NCBI GenBank assembly: GCA_051362555.1 | Contig: CM120643.1 | Span: 2,976,001 to 3,040,000, forward strand | Reading direction: 5' to 3' | DNA length: 64,000 bases | Source: Lingula anatina | Taxonomy: Eukaryota; Animalia; Brachiopoda | Shown: positions 1 to 14,304 of the stretch, piece by piece | Position numbering within the stretch: position 1 is the stretch's first letter | Layout of the letters: the number at the start of each line of letters is the position of its first letter | The notes under the pieces: model-generated | Told to the model about the DNA's origin: nothing | What the model saw: only the letters and a program-made list of their open reading frames with translations | Database searches by the model: none | Translations under genes and position numbers: made by a program

Positions 1-1481
1 ACCAGCTGTTACTGACTGAGTCTAACTCAAATGCAAAAAGGTACGCACAGCGACAAAGCGCTATTGTAAACAATGACCCGACGATGAGATCAATAAGATG
101 TATAAAATGACTATTTGTACTATAAAACTGTACCCCTGCCCCTATTTGTATATTATTACACACACAAGGCCACCCTATACCAGAGTTACAGATTGATTTT
201 TCATTACACAGTCTCTTGCACTGAAGAAAAATACTCATAATTTATTTGCGGCCCTAGTAGAGGGTCTTCTCTCGCTTTCTCTCAAATCAAAATAAACTAG
301 CAAACATGAAAATTGGCAAAATGTATTAGAATGTAAAGTGTTGCGAACCCTTTAAACAAGGTGAATGGTAATATGCACGTTTAGACAAATTTTAATTTTA
401 ATTTCAATTAAATTTAATTTTAATTAAAATTGATATTACCAAAATTAGTAAATGTCGTTTGCGTCATGTATCAATATTTTTGCGCATAGTAGTACCTACG
501 TTATAAACATTCAGCAAAGATATTTGGAAGGCCGCTCTTTTGTTGTTTATATCAAAGGAAAACTATATGATACCCATCGTATCAATCATTATACCATGAT
601 AAGAGATTAGCATACTAATTTATGTCCCCAGTAATAATAACTTTAACAATAACAACAAACCTTCCTATGTGCTTTCCGTTGCAAAAACAATTAGCCACGA
701 CTGTTTTATATATTAATAGATATTTATAATAATGACAATTTCAAAATCTTCAAGAGTACCGACAGGGACACGAACTCCCGTCAGGTAGGTTGCAGATGAC
801 TCAACGACGTTAACCGTTGTTCCACCAATTCTATTCTTCACGCACTTAGATATCGACAGCTCTGTATTGCCGCGCATGCCGAAGCTTTGCGGAAATTGCC
901 GAAGGCTAGGAAAATTCTTCAAAATATACTTTTATTACATTTAATCAAATCCACTCCCACTGCCCTGAGGTATGGCTAAAGGCTTTCAGTTGTCATCAGA
1001 CTTTGTAATTTGGGAGAAAAAAGTGAAACAGTAACTTCTGGTGATGAATAATAGGTAATAGTGCTGCAAGGTGTTGTTTTTTATCCCTGATGTACGAGTA
1101 GCTTTTTCTAAAGTTTCTATAATTCTCTTTACGTATGAAAATATGCAGGTTTTCTGATATAATAAGACTTTGATAAAATCAAAACCAATAATACTTTTAA
1201 AGTCGAGAGTCGGGATAAATATCGGCAAGGTGGAGATATGTCCCGCCGGCGCTACCGCAACAGCAAGACTGAAGGACGGAAGTTACAAAGCAAAACATGT
1301 TTAGTCAAGTTAAAGACTTAATTACCGGTTTAACTTCGGCGGCAGTGCCTACTGCTGTGAGCAACCTGCGCTGTCCATCGTAATCCCCCTATCATTAACA
1401 CTGTCGGGGACGTGCGCATTAGCGCGTCTGATGTAGACAGCGTGTGCTATTAAAGTGACCGGGGACTTATTAGCTATAGTG
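1..1481. mobile_element. Probable right arm of a CACTA/EnSpm-like DNA element whose left end lies outside the window
   Basis: Ends ...GGGGACTTATTAGCTATAGTG at 1481 (reverse complement CACTATAGCTAATAAGTCCCC), followed by TA. Homology to the paralogous segment (gaagTAccagcatgtgattg, ~17505-17525) starts exactly after this point. No matching left terminus was seen in 1-1481. Confidence 0.5.
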
Positions 1482-3992
1482 TACCAGCATGTGATTGTTG
1501 GATTATTTTCAGGGAATTAATTTCATCATGAAATGATAACATGGGTAACAGGTGTCCAATTAAGCAGTGTAAAACTGTCTTACAGTTGTCATGCATCACG
1601 CTTCACATTTAGCGGAAAAATGGACTTATTAAATCCATCTAAACAATGGCTGAGCATGAAGATGTTGTCAAGTAAAAATATTGCACGCTATTTTGTTGTA
1701 AATTTTGTCTGTCAGAAGATGATTTAAATTCGTTTACACTAATATGAAGATTTGCAATATTCAAAATGAAACATGAAGGTTTTGGTCCATGTTTCTTTAA
1801 AAGTCATTGAAGTGGATCGATATTCAAACAGTGGCTATTCCTACCTCCCTTACCAAATCCATAAATAATGACAATAATAATTCATAATAACGTTCATTTA
1901 CAACTAACTGTAGTATAAGAACAGGTAGATGCCTGGTCTTTCCAAAAGGGTTATCTCCCCCCCCCCCCCCCACCCCCGCATACTTCAAGATACCCTGAGA
2001 GCATTCACTTTCATTAATGTTCGCGACCGTGTTTGAACTCACTTGTTTAAATACCGATATTGAAAAAATATTATATTTCTCCAAGAATCTGACAGGTTAA
2101 GTTACCTGTTATAACCTGGCTTGGGAAGTTTATTGTTAAGGAACTCTTGGCCAACTACCATGCATTTTAAACATCATCACAAATTAGTAAGCTTGTCAAT
2201 TGATGACAGTTAATTTGAAAAACTGTCAGTTTTTGATATGATCTAAACGACTTGAGGCGACTATAAGTAAGAAAGTCATGGAAGACCGTCACAGACAAAG
2301 AAAGAAGATTGTCAACGAATGCCAGATCCTTTACTGCTTTTTTGGTGAATCCCACCTCAAAGCACTGGGGCATAATGAAAAATGCCCAACCCTGTTCAAC
2401 ACAACTTTCCTAAACTTCTCTGTCTGTATTCAGCTTGCAGCTCAGCTGAGTCTCAAAGACCTTTATCGTCTTTGTGCCAAGTGACCCAGATCTGTTGCTT
2501 CATTTTTGCATATTGAGGTGAGGTTAACTAAAACGCTTTTTTCTACTAATAGATTGTTTTTATACTTTTTAAAAGGTGGGGATAGATTAAAACGTATCTC
2601 TAGTGAATAGATTGAGAAATTGATTTTTACGTGGCCAGATATCCTTTAAAAACATAGACTATCATTATCTCGAGAAATATTTTTTCTTCTCATGTTTTAT
2701 TTATTTTTTATTAAATTATAATTATTTATTTCATTATGAATATCTGTTTCATAATGAAAATAATATGCAATAACAAGAGAGAATAATATATTAACGACGA
2801 TTTATTATTGTTATATACATTATATTAAGGAATTGGGTTCTATGTTCAATTTTGGTCCGATTTACACAACCAACAGTGGCAAAATTCAATGTTAAAATTT
2901 ATTGTGCATGAATAGTATTGTTTTCGTGTAATTGCAATGCAGCTAGCCATCTTAATATAGATAGATTTGAGGAAATATTTCCAAGGCAAAAATATAAAAG
3001 AAAAGCATTGCTTGGGGTTTCCTTATTTTTAGGTATCTGCATTTGCAATAAACGATTATGACTGGGAAATAATCCTACAGTTAACACAAACATGCTGTAG
3101 AAATACGCATGATATGCATTGAGTTTATGCAAGAGCTAGAAGATCAATTTTGCCCTGTGAAGAAATTAATTTTAATTCAAATAAAATAGCCAAGAGCCGT
3201 GGAAGCCTTTATTGCGTATTAGATGACAATACTTAGCTTGTGCATGAAGTATATAATACATACAATGTGCTTATTAATGGTAATTTGGAGAAGGTCTCTT
3301 TTTTTATCCCTATATATTTGTTGCTTGCTTGCGCCGGCCTAACATGTTTATTGTATTTTAATTTTAATTTTAACATTTAAAAAAAGATCTCAAATAGACC
3401 TAAAAACTTGCTATTATAGATCAAGAAACCTTCTGATAAGACTAGTGTCATTTTTTTCAGTACATATGATTTGCATTAAGTGAGGCTACATGTAATAATA
3501 AGCTTATTTACGATATCAATATTTTAAAAAGGCCATGTTACTTTATTTGTTACTATTATTATTTATTAGTTCTTTCACCAGCTACTACTCGCATGTTTTG
3601 ATTATACTACTAGTATTTTATGTAAATTGTTACGGGATTTTTTAAAATGTATTTTTGGTTTGGTTGTAACTTTTACTTTTTAAATATACAAGTCGATGGG
3701 TTTTCTGCTAAGTTTCATTCCTCTTTCTTAATTTATTAATTTTCTGTAAATATAATATGCATAAAATTTACAACAGTTCTTTTTGAAATAACTAGAAACA
3801 GGGAGAATTGTTGACTAAGCTCAAAGAAATGATACTTTATTTAATTGTTGACAAAGCAACACAGCAAATGAAATGAAAACATTCGAAATATAGCCATTGG
3901 ATTAGCACCGTTAAGTTAAGCAATTAATCCGTTAATATACGGTTGGATGAATTCCAACTTTAGGCGAGCATTTTTCAAAATGTTAAACTTAA
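1482..3992 (+). repeat. Segmental duplication, near-identical to ~17510-19992
   Basis: Direct reading shows collinear near-identity. The ORF track repeats the same spurious ORFs (1824/17835, 2278/18289, 2899/18902). Confidence 0.95.
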
Positions 3993-6900
3993 GAGCTCGT
4001 CCACGAGAGAACCAGCCCAGGGTGGCAAGGTGGGGGTCAGCCGATTTCAACCAAATTTGTTGTATGGAGGCATATTAGGAAGTTATTCATGAGTTAGGAA
4101 GGAATCCCAAAAATATCCTTTCTTCAGAGAATTATAGCCTATTATAAGTCATGGCTTATGTAGCCTCTTTGAGACTCCATTTTTACCTTGGAAAAATAAT
4201 GATATATTTTGTGTAAATTAAACAAAAATGGAGAAAACTAAAAAATATTAGACCTTACAAACATTAAAAACAATCATTTGGCTTGCCACAGATATATGTA
4301 GAATTCAGATAAGACCCTGCTTGGGCGAGCCACACCCATTTATAACACCCCTCCCCCCAAAGTCCAATTTTGATACTACCATCTTTAATTGCATATATCT
4401 CCATCTTCACAGGGTTTACAGCTATAAAACTGCATGAATATTTTAGGCAGATATGGATCACTCCAAATCAAGTTTCAAAAGTTACTGCTGTATTAAAACA
4501 GGTACTGAAAAATACCCCCAAAGTTGGCCATTTTTAAGGCAAAAAATCATGGTGGATTCATTCCAAGTCTATGTAGACAATGGGTTTGATTAATATATTA
4601 AACCATTTTGCTCTACAATAATGTTACTAAATCAATAGGGCTGGTGAGCATGGAAAGTGGATGTGTACTAATGAATATCAGGTCAGTGGGTCATAGGTCA
4701 AGGTCACTGGGCTGCATATTTGTAAATTGCCATATATGGACTTTTTAATTTGTATGGACAAAAAGTTTAGAGGAAATAAATCTTAGATTCTGTTACTTTG
4801 GATAGGCACTGGCAATTAACTTGAGAGTTTACATGATAATTTTAATATATATATATTTTTAATATCATCAATTTGGTGAATACAAATTAAAATCTTAGTT
4901 TAGTAGCGATTTCTTTTTGGTGCAATATTTATCATATAGAGATCAGGATATGCCATAGTATTTATGAGAGCAAAGCCAGAACAAATCTTTTTTAATTATC
5001 AAAAGGTTTTTTTAATCATCCACACCACTTTTTGGTGACTATTTATGAGCATACAGTAACTAAAAAATTATTCAATTTAGTTTATTGTTGTCTCAGATGA
5101 ATAATTACAAATAATAAAAAAAATCACAAAATTGTAATACAGCAATACATGCAAAGCAGTGCAACATTAGTTGTGATCATTACAAACTATATCATAATGT
5201 AGCAACACAAGATAATTTTCTATTCAAAAAGCAAAACTAACACAACTGCAAAATATATCCTGGTGTTATGAAACATCTTTGCAGTTTTATATCAAACATT
5301 ACAGCTCATAACATCAAAGTTTTTAATACATTTTTCTTCCTGAATAGTCTGTAACCCTCCTTACTGACATTTCAAACTCATCTTCATGCTCACAAATGCT
5401 AGGTTCTGCTGGCCTGTTTCTTGTGCCCTTCTAAACTCATTCAGTAAAACTCCTTTACTTTATTTGAATATAGTTTCAAAGGATTAGATGACTTTAAAGC
5501 TCATCCATTGTGTAACTCAGTGAGATATTCAAGAGGGTGGAGTTCTCTCACAGCTGATGTGCTTTAAGTTTTTCTTTAGTCAGATTGTTGGCCCACTAGA
5601 CTTTAATTTGATCAAAAGCTGTTTTTTTGGCACATTTCATAACTGTGGTCTAAAAAAAGGACCTTACAATTACTCTTCAGTCTTGGTAGCAAAAGATTTC
5701 AGAGAAGACTTCTCTGGACAAGAAAAATTTCCTTGTTTGTGATCTTGCTTGGTATGGTTCCAGTTGGCACATTTGCCTCAGAAAAATCCAAATTAACTTT
5801 AACATCAGTATCACTCATGTTAAAACTGCTCAAGGAAGGGAGACACCTTTTCTCATGTTGTAGGAATCAAGAAAGTTAAACTGTTGTAATTGGACACTCC
5901 AGTCCACGTAGGTTTGGAAGATGTCTGTCTAGCTGGATGTAGAAAATAAATCCAACTGCAGAAACTAGGGCCTCATGCATCTCCTCGGCATTCGTTATAT
6001 TGTGGATTTCATTTACACATATGCCTTTCTACAACAGCCGTCATTTCCACACTAGTTTCAGTTTCTGCAAGGCTTTGGACTCTTGCTGACCATAAGATCA
6101 CTGTGTGTCAAATGACACTTCTCAAATATGCCTGAAATATAAATATAGCTTAATATAGACACATAAAAACACTTATCTGAAAGTTAATTGATACATTGAT
6201 GAAAAATAAATTATTATCCCATTTGTCCATGTTTTATAAGTAAGGCATGGTTTCGAATATTAATTATGAGGAGCCTAGCAATTTTGCCAAGACCAGCCAT
6301 AGCTTCAATCTAATTCCAATTGTTACCCTTAAATTTATTTTACCCAAATACATTAAACCTACATAAATACCCACACAAAGATGGCTTAAAAGAAAATTAT
6401 CACAGGTCCTTAGGCTGCAATTTCATTATTTGAAAGGGGGCATTTTTCTTTTTTAAAACGGACCGTTTACCATTAAAAAATTACACCTTGATCATTTTTC
6501 TGAGTGAACTTTTTTTTCTGGCTTTTAGTCTGTATTAAAATACAAACACACCGGTTTCTTACCTGAACCAAGTGGCACCAGTAGATTCAAATGGCTTTTT
6601 GTCTACACTGACATCTGCAAGTTAATCCCATGACATATTTCGTTATAGGCTCGTTTTTCCCTGTGTGGATGGTTTCCAGCACAAACCAAGCCCATATCCC
6701 AGTGCTGGTCACATGGTGTAACCCATTCATTCTCCCAAAGATAATTGGAAATGTCCATTTGCGACCATCGGAGACAAAATAATCCACACCTGACAAGAAT
6801 CAGTTTGTTTTCGTAACTCACGCTGTTTTGCTCCACGTAAACGCGACGAAGATGACTGTTGATATCTCTGTTGCAATTTTTCAATACACTTCATGCTTTT

Positions 6901-7746
6901 TTATATCTGTACACAGAGTATAAACCACATGATATACGACTTCGTTGAGGAAGATGTGCAAAGAAACAGTCTGCTATTTCCGCCATGTTGGATAATGACG
7001 TTGTGTTGTTCTGACGTTAGTACATTAGTTTCACATGATTTTAAAATGTGTTAGATGCTTGTTTTAACCAGAAAAAAATATAAATAGGTAAAATGAAAAT
7101 AAAAAAGTTCAACTAACAGTGTTTTAAACCATTTGTTGACTTGAAAGAGATAGCTGAAGTTGAGTGCACCGATATACATGTCCGGATAGATTGACGAAAA
7201 ATGAAGAAATTAGGTCATGTTCTATCTGTTACAACGGACAAGTTGTAGAACAGCAGTAAGTTTTGATTTCATGTATAAATAGATTAATGAGTTATCTGTT
7301 AGTCCTGAACAAGCTTTACCCCAAAGACCTGTGAAGATGAAGATATTGTCAAAAATAGAAGGGGGGTGTTAAAAGCATGTGGTTTGTAGGCCGGAGAAAA
7401 ACGCTTGGTTTGTTACCATGGAAACAAAGAGAGTGAAAAAAGTGTATATCGTTTTAATCTCCTATCTTTAGGTTATAATATATCACCAAACTAAATCATT
7501 CAGTGACACCTGTATAAACTTTAAGGCCAATCAATATAACCCTGTTTTTCAGAAGAATTTTTGGTTGATAATACCCCCAAATTGTCACTGGCCATATCTC
7601 TGTAAGTAGGGATTTTTTTCAGGAAATATTGCAGCCTCAGATATTGTTCATATAAAGGTTCAAACACACCGAATATGATGTAAATCCGTTCACCCCCACC
7701 TTGCCGCATTTTCTACATTTGGGCTGGTTTTCTCGTGGACACACAC
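3993..7746 (-). mobile_element. 3754-bp non-autonomous DNA transposon with TTAA target duplication, Sola3-like
   Basis: TTAA at 3989-3992 and 7747-7750, versus a single TTAA at the empty site 19989-19992. Termini GAGCTC-GTCCACGAGAGAACCAGCCCA / TGGGCTGGTTTTCTCGTGGAC-ACACAC. Further diverged inverted blocks (GGCAAGGTGGGGGT; CATCTTCACAGG) extend ~400 bp inward. Decayed transposase-like exons lie on the minus strand. Confidence 0.9.
6563..6986 (-). pseudogene. Decayed first exon of the element's transposase-like gene
   Basis: ATG at 6986 (ccaacATGgcg). One frame reads MAEIADCFF...LKNCNRDINSHLRR...KLILVRCGLF...GINLQMSV*TKSHLNLLVPLGS with two stops. Donor GTAAG at 6562; acceptor TTTCAG before 6131 continues in frame as G-I-F-E-K-C. 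Confidence 0.6.
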
Positions 7747-10149
7747 TTAAAAATAGAAAACATCTAATCTTCCTTTTTCACCAAACTTGTATATTAATTT
7801 TCTGGCCTAATAAGGTATTGTGTACATGTGTAAAGTAAAATGGATATACTAAGTTAAATATCTTGACATCTCTTCCCAATGTTACAACTAGCATCAGAAG
7901 ACTGGACAATGAGGTTGATATTGATATTATCAATGAAAACATGATGTTGACTTCTTATGAAAATGACTACTTTTGGTCACTGTCGGGTTAACACTATGAT
8001 GCTGAATATGTGAAATGTCCATGCACATAAATTCAGCAGTTAAAACATTTCATGTATGTAATAAATTGATGATTATCGGTAACTTAATGCTGTGTTCTTT
8101 ATGTTTACTATTATGACAAATTTGGTACAATTTCCCCAATATATGTATATCATTTTTATATTTTCATTCAATTTTGATTAACAAGTTAAAATAATTTGAA
8201 AAAGCTTTTACATTTTGGTTTTTGAATTCCTTTTCAGTGCCATAACTTATTCAGAATCTTAAATTTATTAAGAAAACACATTTATTATCCGTGGCAATGC
8301 TCTTGTCAATTTGCATGTGTCATTGTCATATATACAATCAAAGGGTTTAGTTCATTGCTCGATTCTGCAGTTGCTCAAAGATGTACATGTACTAAAACAG
8401 GTTCCCCAAGGGCGGTAATATCACCTACAAGAAGATAATAAAATGAATATTTTGCCATAATCAATAGCAATCTGTGTTTTCTAACGCGTAGTTTTACCAC
8501 TTGTTTTCTGTACAGCAGATTGATTGTCATAGATCACATGTGAAGTACCAGCACTTGCTTTGCAGGTTATTTGCAGGGAATTAATTTCATCAAGAAATGA
8601 TAAGATAGAAAATCAGGTGTCCCAGAAAACAGTGTCTTGCAGTTGTCACCACGTCCGGTTGTCGATAATGATCGATAAATGGTTTTATTAAGCACCGATT
8701 TATTTTGTTGTGTTTTGTTTTGTTTTATGGCTAAAACAACTATGGGTAAAATTTTTGGGCTTTAAGGAAATGATTGACATAAGGTGTCATTTTGCCTAGG
8801 TTGAACGATTTTGAATCCTTGACCCTAAACCATGGCCACTTAATGCATGTGTTAATCAATTTCGCTGACATTTATTATGTTGAATAATTGCATCTTTGTC
8901 ATAGGAAAAACAAACCAGTGTTATCCGATTGGCTAGTCTTCATCACAATTGAATGAAAATATTATAATGCAGATAAAAGTGAATATAGTCATTCGTAGTT
9001 GTGACGTGCGTCTTTATCCTCATTTTTGCAGCAAACGCAGTTCGGAATCTTTGTATGTCTCGAGTGGTTTACTTGACAGAGAGTCCGCTCGGGCGTCACT
9101 TTTAGCTGTTAATGAATCTGAAAATCACTGAAAATGATTTGACAATGTTCCACTTGTTACCATTGTATACTTTGAAACGAATTTAATAAAATAACCACGT
9201 TTAGAATGAGCTAGGGCAAAATAAACTGCTAGCAGAAATGTTATTATTTTTTGATGATATGCAATATCTTAACCTGGGTTTCTGATTGTCCGGGACCGTG
9301 CAAATTTGGTAACGAATTGAAATTACAAACAAACTTAATATGCGAACACCGTTGTAAACTTTTGGGATGGATATATACAAGTTTTAAAAATACTTCTTCC
9401 AAGGTTCGTGTTAGAACATCTATACCCAAAATTACTGTGAGGAAACCCGATGCAGACAACAATAATCAGTTTCAATCATTTAATGGTTGCTCTTTTTTCT
9501 TGCTCGCATTCATTCTAATGATCTGCGGGGAATCACACTCTTTACGCTCAAACCGAGACAAACAATTCTTTGAATTAAGTTCTTATTAATCATATTAAGA
9601 AACAAAACGGATTTACCTTTTTGAACTTTAGGGCCTACATAGCATATTGTGAAACGTAATGACCTACAAACAAAGACAATAAGTGGAGTTACTGGAAATG
9701 ATCATGAATTTTTAAAGCTCCCGACAAGATGTCATGCGTGGCAGCTTCTTCATTTTAAATCTCAAAATATATATGATATAGATAAGATTCCACGCATCGG
9801 GTTTGAAGCTCAGGCCAGTCAAACTATGCTCAAATCTACACTTTAATATAACCTCTTTCCTCAAATGTATACTGTAATCAGAATAAAGATAAAAAACGCA
9901 GCAACATATTTGTAGACACGATTTTGAGGTTTCATAATAAAGTAAAGTAGAAAAGGGATAAAGTGAGAGAATACACGGCGTAATATGTGATTATTGTTTA
10001 TAGGCCGTTGAACACCCAAACTCAATAAAGAGTTGCATTTTACATGCTGAAGTGCCCAAAAATAAAACTGAATGAATTCAAAGTTGCATTCAATTTTAAA
10101 AACATCAACTTAAATTCAAGTTTTAATTTTTACCATGTCTTTAAATTAC

Positions 10150-10723
10150 GCCCTAAATGGTAACGTATGTTCCGGAAAAGTATGGTGAGGAATGTTCCGG
10201 GTCATTTAATTTTAATTTTTATACTGACATATTTTGTAGTGATTCAGTCATGGTAAATTAAACATGACATAAGGGTGATTTTATAAACATTTAAACTGTA
10301 ATTCAAGAGGCTTTCCGCCATGGCTAATACTAGGTAACGTATGTTCCCCAGAAAAATTGTCAAAAAATTTCATTTTTTTTTTTCAATTACTTAGTACAAA
10401 AAAAGTTTTTTCTGCTGCTGACTGAAAAATATATTGTGATTTCATGATGGTTTGACATTTCTGATATAATTGTTGGATCACTGTCAGTAGGGTGAATTTT
10501 CCCCGTTTTTTTTTTTAATATTCAGTGACAAGCAAACTTAAGTCGCTCAAAAAAAATTAAACTGCCCTATACCGAAGGTTATTATGATGTTTTACAACGT
10601 TATACTTGTAGGAAATAAATCAAAGAATAAACATTGATGAACGAATTTTTTTAAGTGAGTAAAACGTTTCACAGCTGTACGTTTTGCATTTGGACAGTAA
10701 CGTATGTTCCTTTTTGGGACATA
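10150..10723. repeat. Fragment with three direct copies of GTAACGTATGTTCC, probably a DNA-transposon end
   Basis: Motif at ~10160, ~10333 and ~10697. The last copy runs into TTTTTGGGACATA, directly before a GPCR 5' relic. The block is absent from the other relic copies. Confidence 0.4.
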
Positions 10724-10725
10724 AA

Positions 10726-10865
10726 CTGAACGTACTGAAAGCGCCTGTAAATTTGAAGACAAGAATTTGTCCAACACCACCGTGACGTCGAATGAAACAT
10801 TGGCGGGTGATGTCATTCCAGTGGACAGACCAATTTGGCCGATGAATTTTAAATTAAGCAATTAA
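10726..10865 (+). pseudogene. Collapsed GPCR relic: 5' leader and N-terminus fused to a TM7 fragment
   Basis: aatttgaagacaagaatTTGtccaacaccaccgtgacgtcgaatgaaacattggcgggtgatgtcattcca matches 48281-48355 with ATG changed to TTG. It then jumps to ggccgatgaattttaaattaagcaattaa (TM7-like). Confidence 0.8.
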
Positions 10866-11908
10866 ACCAACTGGCTTATTCCTTATAAATCTTTACACTC
10901 TAACAAAATAAATATTCCTCAAATAGTCTAATTTTTCCAACTTTTTCAACTTAAGGAAAGCTAGCTGTGTTCCGTTTTCCGTATTTAAAATCTCTTGCTC
11001 ACTGACCCAGCTCCTCAACAAATATTTTAATTTTTAAGTTATGAACAGCCAATATAACAACATCAAAAGAGAATGGAGTCATTTGAAAAAGTTCAGAATT
11101 ACTATTAGTAAAATTTAAAACGATTTATGTTTATGTTATCTTATGTCAGAAATGTGAGAAATTGGATAATCAGCGCCATGCTATTCATAAAAATTCTACA
11201 TTTACAAGTATGATATGTATTTATACTGTTATGCAACTTTTTTTTATTAGAACTGTATTATATTCATTACAAACTTTCAATGATTTCTCAATATTTCATA
11301 TTTATACTAACATACCAGTGTGAAATATCTCTGCAAATTATTTATTTTGAAGTAGCTTTTACAAGCTGCTCTTGATTTCCATTTCAAGGCCATACTTTAA
11401 TGAGGAACCACAATTTACCTTCCGTTGTTTCCAAAGCTATTGTCATCATGTCTGTTTCATCATCAAGTAGATGCTGAGGGGTCTGTTTAGTGCTCGACTC
11501 TGCTTGACATACTATTTAAACAGATTCCCTGTCGACAAGATAATTAACTGACTGTTTTAATGTAAACAGGAGAAATCTGTGTTCTAGTTGTACATGACGC
11601 ACTTGTTTTCAGCACGGCAGATTGACTGGCATAGATCACCTGTGAAGTACCAGCATGAGCTTTTCGGGTAAATTGCAGGGAATTGATTTCATCAAGTAAT
11701 GATAAAATGGAAAAACAGGTGTCCAAGAAAACAGTGCCTTGCAATTATCCAAAAGTCCGGCTGTCACATTAATCGATAAATAGTGTTATAAAATGTTATA
11801 AAAGACTGAAAAGTCACATAAACCGATAAATGGTGTTATAAAATGTTAGAAAAAGCTATAAAATGTTATAAAAAGTGTGATTTTTTATTTATTAATTTAT
11901 TTTTTATT

Positions 11909-12203
11909 GGGGGGGGGGTGCCTGGTCCCTCTGGTTTGGGGTAATTGGCAGCAGCTGCAAGTCTTAAAGGGGCGACAATCAAATAACTGACAAGCAACTC
12001 AGAGGTCAAGGTAGCTTTTTGCTCGGTATTATCCATAATATTCTGGAGCGAAAAATACTTAAGGAAGGGTAGTTTGACCTTTGCTGTTCTTCGAAACATT
12101 GCCGTTGAATTCAGCAATTAATCCGTTCATGTACGGTTGGATGAATTTCAATTTTAGGCGAGCATTTTTGAAAATGTTAAACTTAAAAACAGAAAACATC
12201 TAA
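11909..12203 (+). pseudogene. GPCR 3' relic (late ICL3-TM6-TM7-stop) with multiple small deletions
   Basis: Starts at an expanded G-run (gene: gcggggtgcctggtccc). Includes ataatattctggagcgaaaaatact...cttcgaaacattgccgttgaatt and ends acagaaaacatctaa. Confidence 0.9.
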
Positions 12204-13380
12204 TGTTCCCTTTTCACAAAACATGTACATTAATTTTCTAACCCAAGGTATTGTGTAGTTCTGTAAACTGAGATGCACAATGATATGCTAAGTTCAATAT
12301 TATGACATCTCTTCCTAATATCACAACTAGCATTAGAAGACTAATAACTAAGGTTGGTGTTATGAAAATGACGACTTGGCGTCACTGTCGGGTTAACCCT
12401 ATTAAGCTTATTGGATATGATAAAATAAATTCAGCAGTTAAAACATTTCCCATCTATAATAAACTGATGTTAATGGGTAATTTAATGTTGTGTTTTTTAT
12501 GTTAACTTTTATTTTTATGACAATTTCCCCAATATATGCATTTCATTTTTATACTTTCATTCAATTTTGATGAACACGTCAAAATATTTTGAAGAAGCTT
12601 TTACATGCTAGTTTTCAATTCCTTTTCAATGCCATACATGTACCTTGTTCAGATTCTTAAAGTTATTATCCGTGGTAATACTATTGTCAATAAAACATGC
12701 GTTATTGTTATAGATGCAATCGAAGGGCTAAGTTCATCACTCGACTCTGCTGTTGCTCAAAGATGTACTAAAACAGATTCCCCAAGGACGGTAATATCAC
12801 CTTTAAGAAGCTAATTAACTGTATTTTGCTATAATCAATAACAATCTGTGCTCTCTTACATGTACGTGTAGTTTACCACTTGTTTTCTGTACAACAGGTT
12901 GATTGTTACAGATCACCTGTGAAGTACCAGCGTGTGATTTTCGGGTTATGTACAGGAAATTAATTTCATCACGAAATGATAAGATGGAAAACAGATGTCC
13001 AAGAAAACAGTGTTTTCAGTTGTCACCACGTCCGGTTGTTATAATTATTAAATACCGATTTATTTTGTTTTGTTTTGTGGTATGGGTATGGGTAAAATTA
13101 TTGGCATTAAAGAAATGATTGACATAAGGTACGTACCATTTTGCATAGGTTGAAAGATGTTGAATCCTTGACCCTTAAGCATGGCCACTTAATTGCATAA
13201 TCTACCGTCTTTCCAAAGGCGTGTTGCACCAACACCAGATCTCCCGGACAAATCAGGAACGAACACAAACGCAGTCAATAGACCAACTTATCACCACTAT
13301 AGCAATATGCCTGTCACATAAATAGAAAACATAGACATTACAAACTGAATATGCAGCGTTGCTTTCAATTACAGATTTAG

Positions 13381-13540
13381 GTGAAATCAACACAAACCGA
13401 TGAACGTACTCAAAGCACCTGTAGATTTGAAGACAAGGGTTTGTCCAACACCACCGTGACGTTGAATGAAACTTTGGCGGGTGATGTCGTTTCACTGAAA
13501 AGACCAAATTTGGCCGTTGAATTTTAAATTCAGCAATTAA
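13381..13540 (+). pseudogene. Collapsed GPCR relic (5' end fused to TM7 fragment)
   Basis: gtgaaatcaacacaaaccgatgaacg...gatttgaagacaagggtTTGtccaacaccaccgtgacgttgaatgaaactttgg matches 48240-48340, followed by gccgttgaattttaaattcagcaattaa. Confidence 0.8.
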
Positions 13541-14304
13541 AACAACTGGCTTATTCTCTTTACACTCCAACAAAAAATATGCCTCAAATACTTCAATTTT
13601 TTCAACTTTTTCAACTCAAGGAAAGCTAGCTGTGTTTCGTTTTTCGTATTAAAAATCTCTTGCTAACTGTCCCAGCTCTTCTAAAATATTTTAATTTTCA
13701 AGGTATTAACAGCCAATATAACAATATAAAAAGAGAGGGGAGTAAATTGAAAAAAAAAAAAATGGAACTGCTATTAAAAAATAATTAAAAACAATGATTT
13801 ATGTTTGTTTTATCTAAATGTGAAATATGTGACAAATTGGGTAACCAGTGATATACTAGTCATAAAATTCTGCATTTACGAGTGTGATATGTATATACAC
13901 TATAATTATCATTATGTAACAGTTTTTAAAATGTGTTCTCTTTTATATTCATTACAAACATTCAATGATTTCATATATACATAAGGACATGTCAGTGTGA
14001 AATATCTCTGCAATTTTGATAATCGCATCAAATTATTTATTTTGAAGTAGCTTTTACATGCTGCTTTTAATTTCCATTTCAAGACCAAACCTTAATGAGG
14101 AACCTCAATTTATCTTCCGTTGTAATGCAAAGTTATTATCATCATGTCTGTGTCATCGTTAACTACAGGCTAGATGTCGAGGATTTTGTTCAGTGCTTGA
14201 CTCTGTTTGACATCCCATTTAAACAGATTCCCTGTCGACGAGATAATTAACTGAAGTGTTTGACGTAAAGAGGAGAAATCTGTGCTCCTTTTTTTTTTTT
14301 TTTT

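Larger units (their letters stand above)
3850..7767 (+). pseudogene. GPCR 3' relic (TM7-helix 8-stop) split by the TTAA transposon
   Basis: caattaatccgttaatatacggttggatgaattccaactttaggcgagcatttttcaaaatgttaaacTTAA...aaatagaaaacatctaa encodes INPLIYGWMNSNFRRAFFKMLNLKIENI*. An uninterrupted twin is at ~19850-20009. Confidence 0.85.

Noticed and set aside
2278-2500. 68-aa ORF duplicated at 18289, and a weak FPKLLCLYSACSSAESQRPLS resemblance to a hAT dimerisation motif in another frame
   Set aside because: The identity is explained by the segmental duplication. The hAT similarity is too weak to call without an HMM search.
12903-13573. ORFs recurring at 12903/22336/28028 and 13253/22747/28498
   Set aside because: They have non-ATG starts, variable lengths between copies, and lie in duplicated non-coding flank or antisense to gene relics.
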